From: a virus
Lineage: Duplodnaviria > Heunggongvirae > Uroviricota > Caudoviricetes
Virus record (IMG/VR): IMGVR_UViG_3300021363_000001
Location: 1-13,621 of that record
Direction: 5' to 3' (one strand)
DNA: 13,621 bases
Shown piece by piece: positions 1 to 6,767 of the stretch. Position 1 is the stretch's first letter, and every line of letters begins with the position of its first letter. The position numbers and the translations under genes are program-made. The notes beneath the pieces are model-generated. The model was not told the origin of the DNA and searched no databases. It saw nothing but the letters and a program-made list of their open reading frames with translations.

Positions 1-23
1 GTCTTGTTAACTTCATTATTCAT
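1..23 (-). CDS. possible 5' fragment of a CDS running off the left edge (MNNEVNK...)
   Basis: ATG at 23 on the minus strand, open to position 1, same orientation as the operon; only 7 codons are visible. Confidence 0.3.
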
Positions 24-100
24 CTAAATAAACAAAAAAAATGGGTTTTTGACTTCATTAGGGGCAACGTGTTGACAAATAGTTGACAAGTGAATGTACT

Positions 101-463
101 TTATATTGTAAACCTATTGTAAATCAACTGCAAAGGTATTGATTGGTTAGAGTATAAACACTCAAACCGGATTAATCGGGAGTAAAGCAGGCGCAAACCA
201 TCCGACAACGGGAACGGGAGCGGATCGCGTTTGTGATTAAAAAACGAGGGTGGGGTGGCTTCAGAGGTGGCGGGGGGGATGAAAAAATGACCGCCCGTCT
301 GTAAAAATGATGGTATAACCCCCCTTATGCATGACGACACAACTTTAGCAATAACGTGTCCATACGACATAGCTTTGGCAATAGCTGGCCATGACGACAT
401 AACTCTCAGGAATACTGTCCAATACGGTATTACTTTCGTGGTTACTTTTTTTTCTTTGCTCAT
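101..463 (-). CDS. hypothetical protein, 120 aa, with N-terminal 10-aa degenerate repeats
   Basis: ATGA overlap with the stop of 460..681 supports the start. The C-terminal half crosses a G-run-rich tract and may not be coding. Confidence 0.45.
   Translation of the reverse strand: MSKEKKVTTKVIPYWTVFLRVMSSWPAIAKAMSYGHVIAKVVSSCIRGVIPSFLQTGGHFFIPPATSEATPPSFFNHKRDPLPFPLSDGLRLLYSRLIRFECLYSNQSIPLQLIYNRFTI
331..440. repeat. degenerate 30-bp tandem repeat, about 3.5 copies
   Basis: Units at 331, 361, 391 and 421: atgacgacacaactttagcaataacgtgtc / catacgacatagctttggcaatagctggcc / atgacgacataactctcaggaatactgtcc / aatacggtattactttcgtg. Confidence 0.6.
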
Positions 464-681
464 GACTGCAGAGTATATTTTAGTTTAACTAATCTCATCA
501 GGTATGGCAAATATAGGTTATTGCCTGCCTGGGCGGTAATTATTTCTATATGTGAAGTAACCATTTTTTGAACATTGGTTATTTTGGTAGTCTTGTCAAG
601 GACGATCTCAGTCGGCAGAACCCTGTTTTTAAAGAAATATTCTAGGTCGGTGATTTCAATAAGCCAGTTTTCCTTTGTCAT
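460..681 (-). CDS. DUF6965-like small protein, 73 aa
   Basis: The pattern LEYFF..LP..I.L...T.ITNV..MV.SHI.II....GN..YLPYL.RL..LK resembles the Bacteroidota DUF6965 family as I recall it. Confidence 0.65.
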   Translation of the reverse strand: MTKENWLIEITDLEYFFKNRVLPTEIVLDKTTKITNVQKMVTSHIEIITAQAGNNLYLPYLMRLVKLKYTLQS

Positions 682-797
682 TTTTTTTTGAATTATATAC
701 TGAATTATTTTTTGTCTGGCTCCGGGAAATTTCTGACCGTTTGAGAGGTAAATTTTTTTTTGGTGTTTTTTTGATTCTCTTTATAGTTGTTTTATAC

Positions 798-932
798 TTA
801 GTTTATCTTGTAGAAGAAATACGTTAAAAACAGGACTATTGCGCATGCCGGGGGGGATATTACCCATAGCATTACTACTGGCCAGAACCATATAAGTAGG
901 TAGCATAGGATATTAAACTGTTTGGGGGACAT
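798..932 (-). CDS. 44-aa two-helix membrane microprotein (not in ORF track)
   Basis: Hand translation: MSPKQFNILCYLLIWFWPVVMLWVISPPACAIVLFLTYFFYKIN*; two hydrophobic segments split by SPP. Confidence 0.6.
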   Translation of the reverse strand: MSPKQFNILCYLLIWFWPVVMLWVISPPACAIVLFLTYFFYKIN

Positions 933-1027
933 GGTGAAATCCTTTTGGCTTGCGCGAGCGGGTTTATAATTGCTTTATAGTGTTACGTGGAACATTGCGA
1001 AAAACGGCTAAATCACTTCAATTACTA

Positions 1028-1192
1028 TCATCTGATCACCAATGACATGATATTGAATATAAATCCGATGAAAAATAGAAGGACTACGGCCAGGACATAT
1101 TCGTAGTTGAATACCCATACGTACACAGCGCAGATGTACAGTAGTATAGCCAGAGCCAGTAGCGCCTTTCCTAAATTTGATTTAATCATCAT
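1028..1192 (-). CDS. 53-54-aa two-TM membrane microprotein (not in ORF track)
   Basis: Hand translation: MMIKSNLGKALLALAILLYICAVYVWVFNYEYVLAVVLLFFIGFIFNIMSLVIR*; the second ATG (1189) may be the real start. Confidence 0.7.
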   Translation of the reverse strand: MMIKSNLGKALLALAILLYICAVYVWVFNYEYVLAVVLLFFIGFIFNIMSLVIR

Positions 1193-1193
1193 A

Positions 1194-1223
1194 CAAATAT
1201 AATTATTTATTGAGTTTTGCCAA
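1194..1223 (-). promoter_or_regulatory. Bacteroidota housekeeping-sigma promoter
   Basis: TTG (1223-1221) - N19 - TATATTTG (1201-1194), matching the TAnnTTTG -7 consensus. Confidence 0.55.
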
Positions 1224-1383
1224 GGTAGTAGTCATTAAGTTCTTTCATCCCTGGCTGATAACCGCAGAAGGAGCACTTGGAGACTTTTGCTGACGAAGTA
1301 TCTTTTGTTTCCTTCAGTGAGAATACCACAGCGTCTTCTTTTTTGCAGTGTGGGCATGGGAGAAGCAGGTGTTGTTTTTTCAT
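1207..1383 (-). CDS. 58-aa zinc-ribbon protein (not in ORF track)
   Basis: MKKQHLLLPCPHCKKEDAVVFSLKETKDTSSAKVSKCSFCGYQPGMKELNDYYLGKTQ*; two CxxC pairs; ATGA-coupled to the upstream gene. Confidence 0.8.
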   Translation of the reverse strand: MKKQHLLLPCPHCKKEDAVVFSLKETKDTSSAKVSKCSFCGYQPGMKELNDYYLGKTQ

Positions 1384-1607
1384 TTCATTGATTCATATAA
1401 GGACATGAATTCTTTTGCAGAAGCAAAATTCAACTGGATAACGGCAAACACCAATGTGTTATCTGGCGACTGCTTGAATTTTCCCTTGGAAAAATAAATT
1501 TCTTTGGTGTGCAGATCAATCACAAGTGTCCCAATGGACACATCTTTTTTTCTGTCTATCACCACTTGTAGATTCTCGTTTACCTGGATGATGTCTTCTT
1601 TTTTCAT
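1380..1607 (-). CDS. hypothetical protein, 75 aa (start revised to MKKEDIIQ)
   Basis: ATGA overlap at 1604-1607 with the upstream stop. Confidence 0.7.
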   Translation of the reverse strand: MKKEDIIQVNENLQVVIDRKKDVSIGTLVIDLHTKEIYFSKGKFKQSPDNTLVFAVIQLNFASAKEFMSLYESMK

Positions 1608-1984
1608 TTTATCGCCTCCATAACATTTATTGCCTGATGGTTTATAGCGATGTCTTCTAAATGCACAATGCATTCCAGCAGCCCACCCTTAAAGCCAATC
1701 AGCTTCATTATTTCTTGTACCATGGCCGGGTTGGGTAATGATCCTGGTGTATCGACAGACATTGACAAGTGCCTGATTTTTTTATCCGGATACGCATCTA
1801 TTGTGTAAACAATTTTATATCCAAATGGGAGTATTAATGTGTACGGGCCTATGTCTCCTGTGGGCTTCATTTGCTTATTATAAATATCCAGCAGGTCATC
1901 CATTGAAAGCGGATTTCTGTCTGCATATGAAACAAGATTAGCGATCTTGTCTTTTAAATCTTGATCAACTATCAGTGGTCTCAT
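1604..1984 (-). CDS. hypothetical phage protein, 126 aa
   Basis: ATGA-coupled at both ends; protein-like composition with an RHLSMSV...LPNP motif. Confidence 0.8.
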   Translation of the reverse strand: MRPLIVDQDLKDKIANLVSYADRNPLSMDDLLDIYNKQMKPTGDIGPYTLILPFGYKIVYTIDAYPDKKIRHLSMSVDTPGSLPNPAMVQEIMKLIGFKGGLLECIVHLEDIAINHQAINVMEAIK

Positions 1985-2182
1985 CGGCTGGATGGAGATT
2001 TAATTTCGCTTAAAAGAAAAGTTAGAAGATTGCCCAAGTCAGGTAGCGTGTTTTTGCGTCCAGTTTTTTTCTGCCAGTATTTAATAGCCTCTCCCATTTT
2101 GTCCAGGCGTGCATTCACGCAATAGGTCTTTAAGAATTTGCTTGGCAGCGTTTATTAAAGTTCTGTTTCTCATGTTGCTCAT
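1981..2182 (-). pseudogene. split or frameshifted gene (33-aa and 38-aa pieces in different frames)
   Basis: MSNMRNRTLINAAKQILKDLLRECTPGQNGRGY* (2081..2182) and MGEAIKYWQKKTGRKNTLPDLGNLLTFLLSEIKSPSSR* (1981..2097). The outer ends are ATGA-coupled to the neighbours, but the 202-nt span is not a multiple of 3. Confidence 0.5.
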
Positions 2183-2469
2183 GGGAGTAGTAATTTATTT
2201 ATTTTTGATAGCTCAATACTAAATTCCTCAAATCTTTCTTTTGGAACCATTATATCAAGTTTCACACGGATATATTTTATAGCTATTGCTATATCTGGAT
2301 TTTCTACTTGCATTTTGTTCCTGAATTTTATACATCTACTGTATGCTGCCGTCCGTGAAATCCCAAGTCCCTTTGCAAGTTCAGCATACGTTGGTGCAAT
2401 TTTATTTTTAGAGACGTATTGGTCAACCCATTTTTCGGCAGCCAAAACTTTTTCGCTTTTTTGTTTCAT
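2179..2469 (-). CDS. helix-turn-helix DNA-binding protein, 96 aa
   Basis: APTYAELAKGLGISRTAAYSR resembles the LexA-type winged-HTH motif; no peptidase domain is seen. Confidence 0.75.
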   Translation of the reverse strand: MKQKSEKVLAAEKWVDQYVSKNKIAPTYAELAKGLGISRTAAYSRCIKFRNKMQVENPDIAIAIKYIRVKLDIMVPKERFEEFSIELSKINKLLLP

Positions 2470-2503
2470 GGGAGTTGGGAGATTATTGATAGGGAGCGCT
2501 GGG

Positions 2504-2695
2504 TTACAAATTCAATATTTCTTCAGAGATAAATCCCTCACACTTCGATACGTCTTGGCGGAGTTTTTGTAATTCTTCAGGTATTGATTTTACCTTGTGA
2601 TATTTGGCTACTATTATTTGTTCAAGGAGCGGGATGCAGTCACCGCGTACATAAGTGTCCGCATCAAGCTGAAGGTAATGTAGCGGTATTCCCAT
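2504..2695 (-). CDS. hypothetical protein, 63 aa (start revised to MGIPLHY)
   Basis: The ATG lies 4 nt after the upstream stop at 2700-2702. Confidence 0.6.
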   Translation of the reverse strand: MGIPLHYLQLDADTYVRGDCIPLLEQIIVAKYHKVKSIPEELQKLRQDVSKCEGFISEEILNL

Positions 2696-2699
2696 TTTT

Positions 2700-2993
2700 T
2701 TATTTCTTTTTTTTATAGCATTTGCCTTCAAGAATTTCCTTTGGCATTGTCAGCATCATGGCTATTCCTATTAATCTGTCATTGCGGCATGGCGAAGTAT
2801 AATAGTCATCACCCATAGTTATTCCTCCCCACCAGAATGTTACATTATATGGTCTTATTAATTTTGCTTCCGGAATTGAACTAAGCTCTATTCGTGGAGT
2901 AAGCATAGACAATGCCTCACAAATACAATATTCTTTTTCACTTGCAATCAGCTCCCCCGCTTTCAATAATGCTTTACGTTGCTGCTTTGTCAT
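2700..2993 (-). CDS. hypothetical phage protein, 97 aa, paralog of 2990..3265
   Basis: Shares MTxxQR, a central Cys, PExxLxRP, WW and R-hydrophobic C-terminal helix motifs with its neighbour. Confidence 0.8.
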   Translation of the reverse strand: MTKQQRKALLKAGELIASEKEYCICEALSMLTPRIELSSIPEAKLIRPYNVTFWWGGITMGDDYYTSPCRNDRLIGIAMMLTMPKEILEGKCYKKKK

Positions 2994-3265
2994 TTGCCTT
3001 TACACATTTCAGCGCAAAACAGCAGCGCCATGATTCGTAATTCATAACCCTCATTGTTCAGGTTCCACCATGGGTCTTCCAAAGGATAATTTTCTGTCGG
3101 CCTAAATAAGCTGAATTCCGGAAACTCCCTCATCACTAATTTAAAGTTATTGACAAATCCAACTATGTGACTTAAATGAAAGCACACTACATACCTCGAA
3201 TATGGAAACAACTCATAATTATTTGCTATCTTCAAATAAATTTTCCTTCTCTGTTTATTTGTCAT
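2990..3265 (-). CDS. hypothetical phage protein, 91 aa, paralog of 2700..2993
   Basis: MTNKQRR...C...FPEFSLFRP...WW...RIMALLFCAEM; ATGA-coupled to the downstream gene. Confidence 0.8.
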   Translation of the reverse strand: MTNKQRRKIYLKIANNYELFPYSRYVVCFHLSHIVGFVNNFKLVMREFPEFSLFRPTENYPLEDPWWNLNNEGYELRIMALLFCAEMCKGK

Positions 3266-3568
3266 TTTCCAGCTGGAGATTCTTTTTTCGTCTCCTCATT
3301 TTTTTTCTTTTTTCTTTGGTAACAACAATCGCCCAGTGCTGTCCATCTTTACCAGTGAGGATTCTCAGTTCAATAACGCCTTTTATCGGCTTGTATGATT
3401 TTAGCATCGAAGGATGTGATTTTAGCGGCCAGTCATCTTTGTCAAGATTTAAACCTGGCCAGTTTTCATCTCCAATAATTTGTTTGCAATTACCACCATG
3501 GCTCCAGAGTGGCCATGCGGAACTTTGTACTCTGCGTAATTGAGGTCAGCAAGGTTGATCACTTTCAT
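3255..3568 (-). pseudogene. frameshifted gene, about 104 aa if one base is restored at 3451-3453
   Basis: Frame 1 reads MKVINLADLN...LLEMKTGQV* (stop 3449-3451). The -1 frame continues LNLDKDDWPLKSHPSMLKSYKPIKGVIELRILTGKDGQHWAIVVTKE...NDK*. Span 314 nt = 315-1. Confidence 0.6.
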
Positions 3569-3583
3569 ATTTATTTTTGTTTT
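3562..3583. repeat. 22-bp direct repeat, copy 1 (ctttcatatttatttttgtttt)
   Basis: Identical to 4801-4822; on the minus strand it reads AAAACAAAAATAAATATGAAAG, a translation-initiation region plus start codon. Confidence 0.85.
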
Positions 3584-3588
3584 TAATG

Positions 3589-3873
3589 TTATTCCCGAAC
3601 GCGCTCAATTCTTTTACTTAATGGATCGTATACCTGTTGCAATACTGGCTCATAGATGCCTGGTATCAATACAATGTCGTGATGTTCTCCCGTCCATGTT
3701 TCACGACCATCCATCCAGCCTTTTTCAAGCAGATGTCTTAATACCGCGTTGCTGTCCTCTGAGACAATGATGCGTCCAAGAGAATCAAATTGGATGTCAC
3801 CTGTTATTACATGACAGTGGTTTTTACTTTCCCCCACTGCGAGGATTCTTTTTTTTCTTTCTTCTGTAGTCAT
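3589..3873 (-). CDS. His-motif small protein of the type that accompanies DUF6745 genes, 94 aa
   Basis: LAVGESKNHCH...LRH...EHHDIVLIPGIY..VLQQVYDP...RVRE matches the LAxGExTGHxH / EH..I.L..G.Y...Q.EYDP pattern as I recall it. Confidence 0.75.
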   Translation of the reverse strand: MTTEERKKRILAVGESKNHCHVITGDIQFDSLGRIIVSEDSNAVLRHLLEKGWMDGRETWTGEHHDIVLIPGIYEPVLQQVYDPLSKRIERVRE

Positions 3874-3884
3874 TTTATTTATTT

Positions 3885-4540
<656 letters not shown>

Positions 4541-4544
<4 letters not shown>

Positions 4545-4807
4545 ATAGGCAGAATACAGCTTTTGCTTATAGGAATAATTTCGATGGCTGTGGTAATAAT
4601 AATTTCATCAACCGGTTCAGATATTTGACAAGCAGACAATTTGAGTCCATGGCCTATTGATACTTCATGTAACGACAATGCTTTATCGCCCCACTTCCAT
4701 AATCTTCTTGAGTTTTTTAAATGAACTTGTTGTCCGCTAAAACTTTCAAGTGTTCCAAAGTGAACACCGGCACTACCTGCGCGTACCAATACTCTTTTTC
4801 CTTTCAT
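4541..4807 (-). CDS. DUF6948-like protein, 88 aa
   Basis: GKRVLVRAGSAGVHFGTL...V.LKNSRRLWKW...LSL.EV...IEIIP matches the family pattern as I recall it; that family often precedes G/S/Y-repeat genes. Confidence 0.75.
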
Positions 4808-4822
4808 ATTTATTTTTGTTTT
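4801..4822. repeat. 22-bp direct repeat, copy 2
   Basis: Identical to 3562-3583; contains the stop of 4810..5106 and the start of 4541..4807. Confidence 0.85.
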
Positions 4823-5106
4823 GATTTTTTGACTAACTTTTTCTTCGGCTCATAAACTTTGGGGAATTTTTTTTCACCCCACAGAATTGGTTCTCTAACC
4901 GTGTATGCTTTTAGTGTGCAATCATGTAGCAGCGATAGCGTCTCCAGTAGCCCTATCTTTGTATCGCTACCAAAAGTAGTTTGCTCAACGTAAGAAAGTG
5001 GTTTGCCATTGGTATAATGCACTTCACATATTTTAAAGAAGACACCGAATGCTGCATCGGGGAAAGCAAGCACTCTGTAATTCCAGTTGTGTTTGTGTTT
5101 TTTCAT
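4810..5106 (-). CDS. hypothetical phage protein, 98 aa
   Basis: WNYRV...ICEVHY..GKP motif; Lys-rich tail; ATGA-coupled to the upstream gene. Confidence 0.75.
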   Translation of the reverse strand: MKKHKHNWNYRVLAFPDAAFGVFFKICEVHYTNGKPLSYVEQTTFGSDTKIGLLETLSLLHDCTLKAYTVREPILWGEKKFPKVYEPKKKLVKKSKQK

Positions 5107-5270
5107 ATTGGATTTTCAAGTTTATCAATTCGTTTGGCCAGTACAGTATTCAATTCAGCCAGCAGCTTAATTGATCTTGAATTACGAAGGCTGGCAAAGG
5201 CAAGAAATATTACTCCTATGTTAGTTAACACAAGCGGAACGGCCAGATATAGATATGGTATGAGTGTCAT
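5103..5270 (-). CDS. 55-aa single-TM microprotein with amphipathic tail (not in ORF track)
   Basis: MTLIPYLYLAVPLVLTNIGVIFLAFASLRNSRSIKLLAELNTVLAKRIDKLENPI*; ATGA overlaps at both ends. Confidence 0.75.
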   Translation of the reverse strand: MTLIPYLYLAVPLVLTNIGVIFLAFASLRNSRSIKLLAELNTVLAKRIDKLENPI

Positions 5271-5809
5271 TGTAGCGGTGCTAAATATTTTCCTGTTTTC
5301 AAAAAGTTCAGTACTCCAAGTATCACTCCTCCTACTCTGCCGTTGCCATCTTCAAATGGATGGATGGACTGAAATAGCCTATACCATTGGATTAAGTCAT
5401 CGGTAGAACGAACTGGCATGATGCGACTCATTAAGTAAGGAATGAGTAGGTAGTTAGGTGGAGTGTAAACGATTTCACGCTTGGTGAGAATTTCACCAGT
5501 GGCAACATTGACCATTTGTGAGGAGCCAACGATATGCACCTCTTTTGTTCTGTACCGGCCTCTTGATTCCAGTCCAGTCATAATTGTTGAGTGGCATAAA
5601 AATAAAAACCCCTCATCCATTTCATGTTCATCAAACCCGATGATGCTTCGAATGCAAAACTCAGTAGCGTCCACACGTTTTGGATAATCCTCATGCGGCT
5701 TGTTGATCATGTCAGCCAGGGTGCGAACGTCTTCCACATCAACAAATTTCGGTCTCCACTCAGCTGAGCGTTCTTTTACTTCTTCGAATATTGTCTCCAG
5801 GTCACTCAT
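5267..5809 (-). CDS. Fic/Doc (Fido) domain protein, 180 aa
   Basis: HPFEDGNGR signature at 5336-5362, plus GRYRT.EV and a PP motif upstream. Confidence 0.9.
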   Translation of the reverse strand: MSDLETIFEEVKERSAEWRPKFVDVEDVRTLADMINKPHEDYPKRVDATEFCIRSIIGFDEHEMDEGFLFLCHSTIMTGLESRGRYRTKEVHIVGSSQMVNVATGEILTKREIVYTPPNYLLIPYLMSRIMPVRSTDDLIQWYRLFQSIHPFEDGNGRVGGVILGVLNFLKTGKYLAPLQ

Positions 5810-6198
5810 GCCTCTTGTAATGATAATGCTTCGGTAATCTGCCGCGTGATGCTATAGGGAACTTGTCCGATAAGATTTCCCTCTTGTTTCTCCTTGATAT
5901 AATACAGCGCATGCATGATTCTTTGCTTTGGAGTTATGCCAATTTGAAATCCATGCGCCCGACCATCATTTACTAATTGAGGGGTATAGCTTATGTATTC
6001 TACAAATAAATAATTAAGCGCTCTTGACTCTTCCGTGTAGTCAAAGGCACTATACTGTCCACAAAACCCCATGGCGCAGTATTGCTTATCTGCTAAAGAT
6101 GTGAGAGGGAACACTAATCTACTGTACGCTCCGGTAGCCCAAAGATGCTCATGGATTACCTCAAACTTTTTGATAAAATAATCTGTTGTATATTCCAT
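5806..6198 (-). CDS. hypothetical phage protein, 130 aa, paralog of 6203..6604
   Basis: Shared blocks: FIKKFExIxExLWxTGA, CAMGxCG, PxLVND, TPKxRIxxALYxIK. Confidence 0.85.
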   Translation of the reverse strand: MEYTTDYFIKKFEVIHEHLWATGAYSRLVFPLTSLADKQYCAMGFCGQYSAFDYTEESRALNYLFVEYISYTPQLVNDGRAHGFQIGITPKQRIMHALYYIKEKQEGNLIGQVPYSITRQITEALSLQEA

Positions 6199-6202
6199 GG
6201 TA

Positions 6203-6604
6203 TTATGCTGTTACAGGTTCAAGGAAATCTTCAATTACTGACTGGCTCAGCTCAGGAGTACGTATAGCTTTCTGTTGTCTGGCTTTGATAAGATACAGCG
6301 CAGCAAGTATTCTGGCTTTTGGCGTGCGGTTTTCCAGAATATCCTTAATGCAATTTTCGAGAGAACAATATCTTGTAGAAATATCCCAGTCATTTACCAA
6401 CTCTGGGATGACGCCAATTTCCAATTTAAATAATCTCGATAATGCGGTAGCTTCATGGGGTTTTCCGAAGCGTGTTATTTTTCCGCAGTGGCCCATTGCG
6501 CAGGAATAAATTGTGTCCCCAGAATACCTATGCAATGCTCCGGTACACCACAGCTCTTCGGGTATCGCTTCAAACTTCTTGATAAAATGATTTACATCAT
6601 ACAT
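6203..6604 (-). CDS. hypothetical phage protein, 133 aa (start revised to MYDVNHF), paralog of 5806..6198
   Basis: The start aligns with the paralog N-terminus and lies downstream of the promoter at 6646-6677. Confidence 0.85.
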   Translation of the reverse strand: MYDVNHFIKKFEAIPEELWCTGALHRYSGDTIYSCAMGHCGKITRFGKPHEATALSRLFKLEIGVIPELVNDWDISTRYCSLENCIKDILENRTPKARILAALYLIKARQQKAIRTPELSQSVIEDFLEPVTA

Positions 6605-6645
6605 AATAATTGAGTTTAGAATTGGTTTATTTTTCTGTATCGCTC

Positions 6646-6677
6646 CAAAAGTATAGTTTATTATAAAACAATACAAA
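6646..6677 (-). promoter_or_regulatory. consensus Bacteroidota promoter driving the leftward operon
   Basis: TTTG (6677-6674) - N20 - TACTTTTG (6653-6646): exact -33/-7 consensus and spacing. Confidence 0.8.
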
Positions 6678-6680
6678 TTC

Positions 6681-6703
6681 TTATTAACAATGTATGTTAA
6701 TAA
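6681..6703. promoter_or_regulatory. operator-like inverted repeat TTATTAACA-N5-TGTTAATAA
   Basis: Perfect 9-bp dyad in the divergent intergenic region, 3 bp from the -33 box. Confidence 0.5.
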
Positions 6704-6721
6704 CACGTCTTTTTTTGCTTT

Positions 6722-6767
6722 TGTACTGGATATGATAATCTGTCATATTTACTGAAAAACCAGTACA
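6722..6767 (+). promoter_or_regulatory. 5'-leader stem-loop reaching the scaffold start codon
   Basis: TGTACTGG (6722-6729) / CCAGTACA (6760-6767) enclosing ATATGA (6730-6735) / TCATAT (6743-6748). Confidence 0.45.

Noticed and set aside
3262-3345. AbrB/MraZ-like MDSTGRLLLPK peptide in a third frame
   Set aside because: Two in-frame stops lie just upstream and the frame is too short; the other frame explains the region.
3448-3454. TTTAAAT slippery heptamer as a programmed -1 frameshift
   Set aside because: The heptamer is phased in the wrong frame for the needed shift, and slipping at G-GTT-TAA gives poor tRNA re-pairing; an indel is simpler.
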